A stretch of DNA of 64,000 nt from a virus (IMGVR_UViG_3300028833_000073:64001-128000), one strand, 5' to 3'. Positions 41,639 to 51,994 are shown, counted from the first letter of the stretch. Program-made: numbers and translations. Notes: generated by a model from the sequence alone, not told the origin.

Positions 41639-42426
41639 AGCTATATGAGAAGGTGAATTATACTCAAGATATAGCGCTCTTAAAGAATGCTAATATCTAC
41701 GAGTATGATATTGCTAAGGCTAATATATCTGTCCTCTTAAATAGGGGACAGATATCATCTTCTCTATATGACTTTCTTTTTAATCAAGACAATATGGTTA
41801 GAAAGATCATGGTAGGTAATATGGAGAAGACTAATAAGAATCTTATTAAAGAGAAACAACAAGGTATCATTGATGCTAAGAAGTATCTCTTTGAAGCTAA
41901 TCATATAGATGATAACGAAGTTCTCTCGATAAAGAATGATGCTGTATTCGTTACAAGGGAACTAGATAAACTTGAGTATGGTAATGCTAGATTCACACTA
42001 AGGAATAGATATAATCTCTTTATTAGAATCCTAAGATTACAATTCTTCTATCTTCTAGATCAAGTGAATGATATAGAGGTATTAGATATAAAGGGTATAA
42101 GAGATGAGGTTATAGAGAAGCAAGAGGAGTATATGATTGACTTCATTAAGACTCTATTGTTTACCTTTAAGACAGAAGGATCTGATAAGACATTGCTCTT
42201 ATTAAGAACATTCAATCATAATTATATGAATAAGAAGTTAGATATCAACTACTATAGGGACTTATACACAGGTAAGTTCCCATTGAATACAGATAGTGTA
42301 GTCTTTTCATATAATGCAGATGCTCTTAGTCAAGACCTTGTAGATTCTGTCGATATAGTAAACAATGGATCATTCCTTAGAGCTATATCGAAAGTATTCT
42401 ATACTGAGTATCTTAGGCAGAAATGA
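41635..42426 (+). CDS. Small DNA-polymerase-palm-like protein
   Basis: IYEYDIAKAN (motif A-like), VLSIKNDAVFV (motif C-like) and IKGI; no exonuclease domain. Confidence 0.55.
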   Translation: MKLYEKVNYTQDIALLKNANIYEYDIAKANISVLLNRGQISSSLYDFLFNQDNMVRKIMVGNMEKTNKNLIKEKQQGIIDAKKYLFEANHIDDNEVLSIKNDAVFVTRELDKLEYGNARFTLRNRYNLFIRILRLQFFYLLDQVNDIEVLDIKGIRDEVIEKQEEYMIDFIKTLLFTFKTEGSDKTLLLLRTFNHNYMNKKLDINYYRDLYTGKFPLNTDSVVFSYNADALSQDLVDSVDIVNNGSFLRAISKVFYTEYLRQK

Positions 42427-42461
42427 GTCCTCACCATAACGGTGAGGATTTTATTTTTTGC

Positions 42462-42953
42462 ACTAAATACCTCCCATCCGAAGATGGGAATAGTATCTAG
42501 CTCAACGCAAACAAGTGTTGATTACTTTAGAAAGGATCGCTTACAGAAAAATACGTGCTGGCTACTTTTATGTTAGTACTATATCAAAGACTAAATACCT
42601 CCCATCCGAAGATGGGAGTAGTATCTAGCTCAACGCAAACAAGTGTTGATTACTTGAACATATTCCTGCCGAAAAAAATTCTTTGCATATTTTTATGTTA
42701 GCACTATATTAAAGACTAAATATCTCCCATCCAAAGATGGGAGTATATCTAGTTCTAACGCAAACAAGTGTTAGATGAACGAACCAAAGTTATGATTTCT
42801 CACCCATGAGTAATCCCCATTATATTGTTATAAAGAAATTAAAAGTTACAGGACCTCCATCCTGCAACTTTTAATTTTTGGTGTATCAGCAATGACTAAA
42901 ATAACCACAGAGAAGAACTATCATTTTCTGCTCTATAGCTATACTATAGTGTT
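42462..42953 (-). repeat. Tandem array of four promoter-sRNA-terminator units (period about 125-128 bp), three with a conserved hairpin-plus-terminator block
   Basis: Promoters AACA-N6-TR at 42574, 42699, 42829 and 42953; near-identical 66-bp blocks at 42462 and 42590 and a diverged third at about 42715; unrelated 35-45-nt segments between them. Confidence 0.8.
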
Positions 42954-43443
42954 ACCAATCTGTATCTATATCAACTTCTTTTTCTTTTTTAGCCTTTGGT
43001 TTAAAGTCCTTATGAGTAACATTCTTCTCTGAGTTAAAGTTGGCTACATATACAGTTACTAAGTAGAAGATCTTCTCTGCTAGTAATTCAGTAAAGTACT
43101 CTTCTGAATAGCATAGATATATCTTCTTCTTAAGGGTAGTTGATAGTCTATTTGATACAATATTGGTTATATCCTTACGAATAGTATCTTCTCTTTCTTT
43201 ATTGATGAAATCAAGTCCTGTATCAGGAACTATATTATACATCACATAGTCATTAAGACAGTCATCAAGAAACTCATTTATGAAATTATTCACATCTTCC
43301 TTTGAGTCTTTATATCTAAAATCAGATATAGCTCTAAACTCATCGGTCTTTGTTGCACTATCTAGAACGTCTATATATCTCTTAAGTAGATACAATGCAA
43401 CTATAGCTAGAATTACATAGATATATTCAAGCAACTTACTCAC
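42952..43443 (-). CDS. Hypothetical membrane-anchored protein
   Basis: N-terminal hydrophobic helix YIYVILAIVALYLL. Confidence 0.75.
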   Translation of the reverse strand: MSKLLEYIYVILAIVALYLLKRYIDVLDSATKTDEFRAISDFRYKDSKEDVNNFINEFLDDCLNDYVMYNIVPDTGLDFINKEREDTIRKDITNIVSNRLSTTLKKKIYLCYSEEYFTELLAEKIFYLVTVYVANFNSEKNVTHKDFKPKAKKEKEVDIDTDW

Positions 43444-43643
43444 CCCTTAATGGAGAGTAAATGTTCTTTTGCATTTTCATAATCACCATCGAATCGAGAT
43501 AGAGCAGCTTTACAAGCATCTAGATCAACACCAGTCTCTTCATTTAACTGTAGAGCTAGTACAGGATCAGCCTGTTTAGCATTAGCTCTTCCATAAGCAG
43601 CCTTTAAATTCTCTGCTTGTTGTCTTTTGAAGTCTTCAAACAC
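43440..43643 (-). CDS. EF-Ts N-terminal (UBA-like) domain mini-protein
   Basis: LQLNEETGVDLDACKAALSRFDGDYENAKEHL resembles EF-Ts VKELREKTGAGMMDCKKAL...GD.EKA...L. Confidence 0.6.
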   Translation of the reverse strand: MFEDFKRQQAENLKAAYGRANAKQADPVLALQLNEETGVDLDACKAALSRFDGDYENAKEHLLSIKG

Positions 43644-43678
43644 AATAATCTCTCCTTTGATTATTAGAAGGTGAACTT

Positions 43679-44083
43679 ATGACAAAGAAAGACTTTAGAT
43701 ACTTTGCCATAGCTAAAGAGGTATCTAAGAAATCTACTTACAATAGAGTCCATATAGGGGCTATTGTAGTAGGTAAGAATAAGATACTTGGTGAAGGAAC
43801 AAACATGGTTAAATCTCATCCTCTACAAATGAAATATAACAGACTCAATCCAGATATGAAGGAGAACTATGCACATGCAATTCATGCCGAAGTATCTGCT
43901 ATAGTTCATACAGGTACAACTAATCTAGAAGGATGTATCATATATATCTATAGAGAAGATAGAAATGGAAAGATTGCTATGTGTCGTCCTTGTATTGGTT
44001 GTATGCAGCTAATAAGAGCTGTTGGTATTAAGATTATCTATTACACTACCAATGATGGTTTCTGTAAAGAAGTTATAGGTTAG
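43679..44083 (+). CDS. Cytidine/deoxycytidylate deaminase family protein
   Basis: HAE and PCxxC zinc motifs (IHAEVSAI; CRPCIGC). Confidence 0.85.
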   Translation: MTKKDFRYFAIAKEVSKKSTYNRVHIGAIVVGKNKILGEGTNMVKSHPLQMKYNRLNPDMKENYAHAIHAEVSAIVHTGTTNLEGCIIYIYREDRNGKIAMCRPCIGCMQLIRAVGIKIIYYTTNDGFCKEVIG

Positions 44084-44871
44084 AATGCATTACCTTGAAA
44101 CATAAAAGCATCATACATACTCACTAGGTTAGGATCATATGGTTGAGCATCTGGTAATGATACTAGTCTATCATTATACTCAGACCAATCATAGATCTCT
44201 TGTCTTATATTGAGTATATCATAGTTTAGACCAAAGTCATTCTCTTCAAACTCCTTAAGATAGAATAGTATCTTATAGGCTATATCCTTACTAATTCCAT
44301 ATCTATATTCCTTCAAGAAGCTATACCAATCACCAAAGCACATCTCAGGAGGAATAGATAGTTGGTCAGTATTATGATATAACTGATGAGGAGTAAGTGA
44401 TAACATTACTAGTTGGACCTTATGCTCCTTATGCACTTTCTTTAACAGATAGCATAGTTGCATAGAAGTTAGTCCTTCATTAGATGTATTAGTAATATGA
44501 CTAGTGATGATATAAGCAATATCAAAGATGTTTAGCATGTTGTGATGCATCTCTAATGTAGCCATCTCACTAGTTATATTACCATGTACTTGGCATCTAT
44601 TTAGTCCTAGCTCCATAAGAAAAGCTTTATAGTTCTTATACGTTCTTGTCTTTCTGAAGTTGCTTATAGCATTCTCCAGAAACTGTCTATAGTCGTCTAC
44701 GTTAAGTAGGCTCTCTTTTGTTTGCTTAAACTGTAAAACCATAGGATCATTAGCACAAGAGATAAGAGGATTGTTTCCTGGTACGAAGTAGATATTTGGC
44801 ATACCCGTATTACTCTGACCAAGTGCCTCTAATTGTTGTAGTTTTGCTAATGAACTATCGTATTCATTCAT
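44080..44871 (-). CDS. HNH/His-Me-finger-like protein (paralog of 30394-31185)
   Basis: NRCQV...LEMHHNMLNI...LVMLSLTPHQLYH; late-type promoter GACT-TGTTAA-TA. Confidence 0.6.
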   Translation of the reverse strand: MNEYDSSLAKLQQLEALGQSNTGMPNIYFVPGNNPLISCANDPMVLQFKQTKESLLNVDDYRQFLENAISNFRKTRTYKNYKAFLMELGLNRCQVHGNITSEMATLEMHHNMLNIFDIAYIITSHITNTSNEGLTSMQLCYLLKKVHKEHKVQLVMLSLTPHQLYHNTDQLSIPPEMCFGDWYSFLKEYRYGISKDIAYKILFYLKEFEENDFGLNYDILNIRQEIYDWSEYNDRLVSLPDAQPYDPNLVSMYDAFMFQGNAF

Positions 44872-44948
44872 ATCTACTCACCTCACAGTATTATTAACAA
44901 GTCAAAAGTTAGACACCATAGTAATGTTGGTAAGAGGAGGGATAATCA

Positions 44949-47900
44949 GTGGCTTATCAACTTAAGAAGATATTTAGTAATAATCCTTTCTTAGATCATA
45001 TAGTATATCAGTCTAAATATATTGCACTTAACTGTGTATGCAAGGATATCAATAAAGCAAATAAGTATGAAACAGCAGAGACAGCTAGAAACTTCGATAT
45101 CTATCTAGCTTGTACTCGTAATCCAGATTGGTTTCTATTTGATAGTATTCCGTATGAAGTTATTAAGAAAGCTATAGGTCATAAGTATAGTGATAGACAG
45201 ATAAGACGGATATATGTTCCCTATAAGGATAATATCCCTGAAGAAGATAGACCAGCAGTATTAGCTGAAATGGCTAAATACTATATAGAGCATTTTGAAG
45301 AGAAGAATGATTACTATAGAGAGGTAATGGGATATAGACCATCATATAGTAAAGAGAGAATCTTATTAGAAGATTATGGATTTGAGAATGATCTAGTAGC
45401 TCAGCAAGGTAAGTTATATACATATCTAGATGAACTACCAGATTCTATTCTATATAATCTTATAACCAATGGTACCATTCAGAAGATTATCAATGATTAT
45501 CCTGATGAGAAATGGGTAGCTCATATCCCTATGAGAATAGACACTAGTGAAGATGGTACTGATACATTATCTCTCTACATGGTAAGACATGCAGAAGAGT
45601 TCGATTTACTATATATGCCATCAGATGCAGATGAGATCATAAGAGAACAGTTTGCAGAGAGATATGAGTTAAACCAAGACTATATTCTAGGTAATGTATA
45701 CTCGGAAGCAATGAAGATAGGATCTGAAGATTACTATGATAACTTCATACAGATCCTTATCATAACCTGTACTATGTTAGATATGTTTGATACAGTACAA
45801 GATCATATAGTGAGAAGAGATATCTTCGATGCTAGGTGTATTGAATATATCTTTGAGCAGTACAATGTACCTTACTATAGTGAAATTCCTATTAGATACC
45901 AACAAGCTATGCTTAAGAATCTAAATACTCTAGTGAAGTTTAAGTCAACGGCTAGATGTATGATAGATCTTTGTTCATTATTTGGCTTTGAATCATCTCA
46001 GATCTTCCAATTCTATATACTTAGAAAGAGAAAGATGAATGAGAATGGAGACTATATCTTTAATTATAAGACTATTATAGTTCCTAATGATGTAGAGGAA
46101 GTAGTAAAGCAATCAAGTGTCTATACTATCTCCAATACTACTAAAATATTCATCACTATCAATCCTCCTATAGTGAATTTCTATGAAGATGTCAATCATA
46201 AGATTCTAGTATTCCTTAATGGAGAGCTAGTAGATCCTAGTCTATATGATGTAGATGAAGAGAATAATAGAATTATCTTCCATAATAGCAATGATATCAA
46301 TGAAGAAGATATTACTTTAGAATACGTTTATACTAATCCAGATGGTACAGATATAAAACAAGATACTCAAGAGATACTAGTATCAGATTTAGATATAGAC
46401 GGAGGTGCTAATCCGGTATATATCAGAATAGAGTTTCCTATTGGATATAATGATGCAGAAATTAAAGGAATATCAGTGTTTATAGATGGAGTTGAGCTAG
46501 ATGATACATATTGGACTACAGTTGGTGGATTGCTAATGATAGTACGTGGTAATCTCATACATGACACCTATAAGATAACGATTAATTTTACATGGAGAGA
46601 TCCAGATTATATAGATTTAATTAGACAGAAAGAAGGAGCAGAGTCTCAGAGCACTACTAATCATGTTATAGCTATTGAATATCCTATAGATCACTTTGGA
46701 GATGATGAATCAGATAAGATTATAGTTACTACAGAGAATGGTAAAGTATCTCCAAATGACTATATTATCTCAGGTAATAAGATATTCTTCATAGGAGAAG
46801 ATATCTTAAGAAACAATGATAAGATTATACTTATATTCCAGCACGGTACTGACCCGATACAAGAATACACTATACAATACTATACTAGAAATATCCTTAA
46901 GACTTATGTCATTCTTAATTACCCAGTAGAGAACTACTTCTCTAGTGGTAATAAGGTTGAGGTATGGATTAATGGACAGCTACTACCAGAGCAATATTAC
47001 TCAGTCTATGATGATAAGCTCTATATAGAAGATGAGAATATACTAAAGAATTATGAAGACATAGAAGTCAAGTATTTATACAATAACAGTGAAGAGGAGA
47101 TAAATATTCCAGATCATTCTATCATCATGAGTGATGAGTCTATGATATATACATCATCTCAGAGCATATATACTCTTCATCCTCCTGTAGAGAATTACTT
47201 TGATCTTGGCGGATATATCTTTGTCATACTAGGTACCTTATTACTACATGAAGACTGTTATGATATTCTACCTGAGTCTAATCAGATCTTTATCCATGCC
47301 GATGTACTAAATCATTATAAATTTACTAAAGATATGAAGATACTATATATGTACTCGGAGGCAATAGATCTTAAGAAGAAAGATGTAGATGTAATATCAA
47401 CTCAGAAGGGACAAACATCCTTTATTATACCAGAACCATTTGAAGGTTACTATGAAGCAGGAGGAAGATTCTTCTTATCTACTGGTGGAGGATATATACA
47501 TGAGTCTAGATACCATGTAGAAGGAAATACTCTTATCTTCAATAGTCCTAATGATGGTCTTCCAGAAGGTAAGACATTAACCTTCCATTTCATCTATAAC
47601 TTGTTTAGCAATGTAGGTATAAGATATGAGAATGTAATTCTTACAGCTACTAGTAATCATCAGACTACATTTACTATACCTTTACCTTATGAGAATTATA
47701 TAGCAGATGGTAATCCTATATTTGTAAAGATTCGGGGATCATATCTTGATCCTCAGTTCTACGAGATTCTTAAGAATCAAATAGTCCTTCATAATAACTA
47801 CAGTCTATATCCAGGAGCAATACTAGAACTAGAGTTTGTATATGGAACTATTAAAGAGATTAAACATACTATGGTTGCTGTAAAGGCTACTATTACAGTA

Positions 47901-50900
47901 CAACAAGATTTCAATATACCTTTCCCTTATGATGGTTTCTTAGTAAGAGGTAATAAGCTTAGAGTTAGATATAAAGGAATAGAGTATAGAGAAGGTGTTG
48001 ATTACATAATCAAGGGTAATATGTTAGAGATCTTCTCTGTAGCTAAAGCTATTCCTAAGGATGGAATATTAGAGTTCCACTTCTATACCAATGTGAATAA
48101 CGAGAACCATGTAACAGTAAGTGAAGCACAAGTAAAGATGTATACTAATGACCAAACAAGATTCAGTATTCCAGTACCATTCTATAATTACTTCAATACA
48201 GGTAATAGAATGATTGTTACTCTAGGAGGATTATTTGTTTCTTCAGATACATACCAGCTAGTAGATAATAGACTAGAGTTCACTGATCCATCAGTCATAG
48301 GACTCATCAAAGATAGAGAACTTAACTTCACCTTTATCTATCATACTATCTATCTCCAGTATAACAAGCAAGTCACTATAGACTACGACACCTATAGTGT
48401 CGCAGAAGAAAAAGGAAGAGAAGATGGATCTTTGAAGATAAAGATACCATTCCCATTTGAAAATTACTTAGAGCTAGGTAATACATTTGAGATGAGAGTA
48501 GATGGTATTACATTGATACCAGAGGAAGCATATGATGTAATTGATAATGAATACGCTATTATCTTTAAACCAGATATCTATGTATATCCCTATGGTGACA
48601 CAATACAGTTTGTCTTCACATATTCTTCTAATGGTTATGAAGAGAAAGTAGTAGAAGACTTAGAGAAGGATGTGGAACTTAAGTTCGTTAAAGTACCTAT
48701 ACTAGAGAATCCAGATAATTACCTTAAAGATGAATCTAACTATGTAGACTATGACACTATAACTAATGCTGATCCCTCATGGGATGGTGATTACTTACAT
48801 GAAGAAGTTAAAGAGACTCTAATAGATAGTGAATTCTCTTATAATAGAACTAAGTACTTTGGTCTTACTAGCCTTATGTCCATGGGTAAGTTAGCATATC
48901 AGTTACCATACTTCATGAATATCATCTTTGATAAGTTTAAGACTGAAGAGAGGCTTAAGTTAAGATTACCATACATCAATACTGGTCATCAGTTTAGATT
49001 CAATGATGTATTGACCTATATGATGGCTCTATCACATAGGTTCATTGGAGTAGAGGATGATATTCCTACTATACAGAAGTCTCTATATGTACATGGTTTT
49101 AACTTTGAAACAGATCTAGCTACTATATCAGCTCATATCCAAGATAAGCTAGGTAATGATGGTGGACTAAACAACTATAAGATCTCAGATAAGTATAAGC
49201 AGTTTAAGAAATATGAACATCAGATTCCTACATACAAGGAGCTAATAGATCTATATACAACCAATACTGATATCTATAACCATGTAGTAGATGAGATGAT
49301 TAATGCGGAGAATAAGATAATCTATGATATCTATAAGAAGATATATGACTCTCTTATGATCATTAAGTATTCTAAGCAATACTTTTCAATCAATAGAGAA
49401 GTACAACCAACTCTTACAGCTTGGCTTAGATATAGAGATGAGTTCTTATATGATTCCCTCTTACAAGTAGATGCTATAACGGAAGAAGAAGAGAGAAAGA
49501 AGACTATATCTACTTACTTAGAAGACTGTGTATATCAGCTAAAGGAATACTTAGATTCTGAAGACTTTAGATATATACTTGGATCTTTCCATGGTGTTGA
49601 TAAGGATGCTATACTGAAGTATCTAGTTACAGTAATAGACTTCTTCAAATCATATAAGATCCAGATATATGATACAGCTATTAAATACGTATTTGATGAT
49701 AAGCTAGAGAATACACTTAGACCTATAGACTTAGCTATCTACTACTCTACATTCGATGTAGAAGCAGATGGTCATACTATCTTCGATATTATAACAGATA
49801 TGTGGTCTAGATGGACTCATAAAGAAAAGATTACAGATGATATCCTTAAAGAACAGATTAAGCTAATCATTAAACAATACTTGAAGATTGATATTAATGA
49901 GAGAATCAATATTATAGATTACATTAAGAGAGCACTAATAACTATGATGCTCAAAGATACCGTAGATATAGAGGAACTAGTCAAACTCTTAATTCAGTTC
50001 TCTATTAGAGATAACTATGATAGTTGTATTGATTTAATCAAGAGTCTAACTTTTATGGCTCCTGAAGATAAAGTAGAAGTAATAGAGAAGATATCTACAG
50101 TGATTAAGCAGTATACTCAATTAAAGAAAGATGATATGTATACGCTACATGAGGAGATATCTAAACTCTTTGCGAATATTGATCTAAAAGATAAGTTAGA
50201 TGTAGTAGAAGAGTTGTATAAGAAGGTATCACTAATTCTTAATGATATTCATGCTGACCCAGAGGATAGAGTCTTTACAACACTATCCACTATGACATTC
50301 TATGACTTTGATGAGACTAAAGATAATGTTAAGATACTAGCTACTATATATAAGCAAGATAAATACAAAGATAAGTATGAGATTCTTTCGGATCTAGCTA
50401 AGTTACTATCTAAGACATCTCCTAAGGATAGATATGATATATTAGACGGTATTATAACTACAACCCTATTAAATCTAAGAGATAATAATAAAATTATCAT
50501 GGATTCCATGGGAGAATACTACTCTTACTCTGACGCTAAAGATTCATTCGAGCTAAAGGAAAATATAAAGAAACTCATCTTCGAGTATATTAATACTCCA
50601 GTAGAAGATAGACTAGATATCAATTCTTATATAGGATCACTAAGAAGTAAGATAATTACTTCTGATAAGCTAGATATCCTACTCAAAGCAATAGTCAAAA
50701 CTACCTTAGAGATATATGATAGTGCTATACGTAACTATGATAGATTAGTATGTAATGTCTCATTTACTACAGAGGACAGAAACAATATTAGAGAAAAGCT
50801 AAGTGTGCTATGTAATACTACTATATGTAAACAATACATGGATAGAATAGCAACAGAGAATGAAATAGTATCTATCTTAAACTCTTATAAGATAATTGAG

Positions 50901-51122
50901 AAGATAGCATCTATAAAAGAACAGATAAGACTTGCTACTATATTAGATCCCAAGGAGAAGATATCTATTCCTGAGATATTTAGCATGTTCATCTCTAGTT
51001 CTTTTAGAGATAACATCACTGTATTAGATATACCGAATATCTTTAAGAAAGTATTTGATACTAAGGAAGTATCAGATTCTATAAATATCCGTGATAATGC
51101 GATTGTGAAAACATTTGGATAA
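44949..51122 (+). CDS. Large virion structural protein, probable baseplate wedge with tandem beta-rich repeats
   Basis: 2057 aa; late-type promoter GACA-CCATAG-TA; KNLNTLVKFKST...LFGF baseplate-like motif; about 10 repeats of IPxPxxNYxxxGNxxxVxxxG; repetitive D/I/K-rich C-terminus. Confidence 0.65.
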   Translation: MAYQLKKIFSNNPFLDHIVYQSKYIALNCVCKDINKANKYETAETARNFDIYLACTRNPDWFLFDSIPYEVIKKAIGHKYSDRQIRRIYVPYKDNIPEEDRPAVLAEMAKYYIEHFEEKNDYYREVMGYRPSYSKERILLEDYGFENDLVAQQGKLYTYLDELPDSILYNLITNGTIQKIINDYPDEKWVAHIPMRIDTSEDGTDTLSLYMVRHAEEFDLLYMPSDADEIIREQFAERYELNQDYILGNVYSEAMKIGSEDYYDNFIQILIITCTMLDMFDTVQDHIVRRDIFDARCIEYIFEQYNVPYYSEIPIRYQQAMLKNLNTLVKFKSTARCMIDLCSLFGFESSQIFQFYILRKRKMNENGDYIFNYKTIIVPNDVEEVVKQSSVYTISNTTKIFITINPPIVNFYEDVNHKILVFLNGELVDPSLYDVDEENNRIIFHNSNDINEEDITLEYVYTNPDGTDIKQDTQEILVSDLDIDGGANPVYIRIEFPIGYNDAEIKGISVFIDGVELDDTYWTTVGGLLMIVRGNLIHDTYKITINFTWRDPDYIDLIRQKEGAESQSTTNHVIAIEYPIDHFGDDESDKIIVTTENGKVSPNDYIISGNKIFFIGEDILRNNDKIILIFQHGTDPIQEYTIQYYTRNILKTYVILNYPVENYFSSGNKVEVWINGQLLPEQYYSVYDDKLYIEDENILKNYEDIEVKYLYNNSEEEINIPDHSIIMSDESMIYTSSQSIYTLHPPVENYFDLGGYIFVILGTLLLHEDCYDILPESNQIFIHADVLNHYKFTKDMKILYMYSEAIDLKKKDVDVISTQKGQTSFIIPEPFEGYYEAGGRFFLSTGGGYIHESRYHVEGNTLIFNSPNDGLPEGKTLTFHFIYNLFSNVGIRYENVILTATSNHQTTFTIPLPYENYIADGNPIFVKIRGSYLDPQFYEILKNQIVLHNNYSLYPGAILELEFVYGTIKEIKHTMVAVKATITVQQDFNIPFPYDGFLVRGNKLRVRYKGIEYREGVDYIIKGNMLEIFSVAKAIPKDGILEFHFYTNVNNENHVTVSEAQVKMYTNDQTRFSIPVPFYNYFNTGNRMIVTLGGLFVSSDTYQLVDNRLEFTDPSVIGLIKDRELNFTFIYHTIYLQYNKQVTIDYDTYSVAEEKGREDGSLKIKIPFPFENYLELGNTFEMRVDGITLIPEEAYDVIDNEYAIIFKPDIYVYPYGDTIQFVFTYSSNGYEEKVVEDLEKDVELKFVKVPILENPDNYLKDESNYVDYDTITNADPSWDGDYLHEEVKETLIDSEFSYNRTKYFGLTSLMSMGKLAYQLPYFMNIIFDKFKTEERLKLRLPYINTGHQFRFNDVLTYMMALSHRFIGVEDDIPTIQKSLYVHGFNFETDLATISAHIQDKLGNDGGLNNYKISDKYKQFKKYEHQIPTYKELIDLYTTNTDIYNHVVDEMINAENKIIYDIYKKIYDSLMIIKYSKQYFSINREVQPTLTAWLRYRDEFLYDSLLQVDAITEEEERKKTISTYLEDCVYQLKEYLDSEDFRYILGSFHGVDKDAILKYLVTVIDFFKSYKIQIYDTAIKYVFDDKLENTLRPIDLAIYYSTFDVEADGHTIFDIITDMWSRWTHKEKITDDILKEQIKLIIKQYLKIDINERINIIDYIKRALITMMLKDTVDIEELVKLLIQFSIRDNYDSCIDLIKSLTFMAPEDKVEVIEKISTVIKQYTQLKKDDMYTLHEEISKLFANIDLKDKLDVVEELYKKVSLILNDIHADPEDRVFTTLSTMTFYDFDETKDNVKILATIYKQDKYKDKYEILSDLAKLLSKTSPKDRYDILDGIITTTLLNLRDNNKIIMDSMGEYYSYSDAKDSFELKENIKKLIFEYINTPVEDRLDINSYIGSLRSKIITSDKLDILLKAIVKTTLEIYDSAIRNYDRLVCNVSFTTEDRNNIREKLSVLCNTTICKQYMDRIATENEIVSILNSYKIIEKIASIKEQIRLATILDPKEKISIPEIFSMFISSSFRDNITVLDIPNIFKKVFDTKEVSDSINIRDNAIVKTFG

Positions 51123-51184
51123 TGTATAGGAATCTTGTATGGAGGAGAATCCTCCTTAATAATACACGAGGAGGCAGTAATACA

Positions 51185-51994
51185 ATGAGTAAACAAAGAT
51201 ATTATAAGAAGATAAATGCATTTGATCAGGGTAAACTTGATCGTGATTATGCCAATATTACAAAGACTTCTATCCTTATTAAAGTCCCTGGAACGGATAT
51301 TGTTCTATTCAAGGGCCATAATAAGGTAATTCTTCCTGGTGCTGGATTTACTGCTAGAGCACACTTTGATATTCCTAGAGATGAAATCACCCCATCCTAT
51401 AATCAAGCCTTATCACTAGAGAATACAGTCAATGAAGTTCCTAGCAGTAAAGAAAAGGTATATTTATTCTGTGTAGGTAATGATGGATGTGGTAAAGAGA
51501 ACTCAGATGTATACAAAGTCAACTACGGAAAATGGATTTTCCCAGAATCATTGATTCCCTTTAGATATCCATTGCTTGCAGAAGATTTGACTGGAGCTAT
51601 GAGAGACGTATACTTTGGACGTAAGGTAGATGGAGATCGAGTTGCTTACTATTTTAAGGCCTTTGAATCTGTTCCTACCTTTTCACAGAAGTATACTGAC
51701 GGAACAGTCATTGATGAGAATGTATATGAATCTGAGAAGACCGATGAAATTGAATCCTTTATCTCTGTTGGCCTTAAGGTAGAGCCTGAAGATTGTAGAG
51801 AATGGTATAAGAATACTACTGGTATTAATGATGCCAAAGTAAATACATTCTCATTATGTACTGCATGGGCAAAGACTATTGATGGTCAAATCTACTATCA
51901 AGACATTCGTCCATTAACTAAGTACAACATACCTAATGAATCTCTCATTGAGATCTCAAAAGGAATTCAGATCGAATATCACCTCTATTATTGA
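51185..51994 (+). CDS. Putative baseplate/tail structural protein
   Basis: ATG 51185 after GAGGAGG; directly follows the baseplate gene; HNKVILPG...FCVGNDG. Confidence 0.55.
   Translation: MSKQRYYKKINAFDQGKLDRDYANITKTSILIKVPGTDIVLFKGHNKVILPGAGFTARAHFDIPRDEITPSYNQALSLENTVNEVPSSKEKVYLFCVGNDGCGKENSDVYKVNYGKWIFPESLIPFRYPLLAEDLTGAMRDVYFGRKVDGDRVAYYFKAFESVPTFSQKYTDGTVIDENVYESEKTDEIESFISVGLKVEPEDCREWYKNTTGINDAKVNTFSLCTAWAKTIDGQIYYQDIRPLTKYNIPNESLIEISKGIQIEYHLYY

Noticed and set aside
42462-42953. CRISPR array
   Set aside because: The conserved block is about 66 bp with a period of about 125-128 bp, each unit has its own promoter and terminator, there are only three copies, and no cas genes are recognisable in the window.
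43679-44083. Uracil-containing genome as in AR9/PBS1
   Set aside because: The deaminase, kinase and AACA promoters are compatible with it but not diagnostic, and the first promoter base varies; it cannot be determined from this window.
46150-46180. ITINPPI in the baseplate protein as another docking tag
   Set aside because: Internal, and part of the IPxPxxNY structural repeat.
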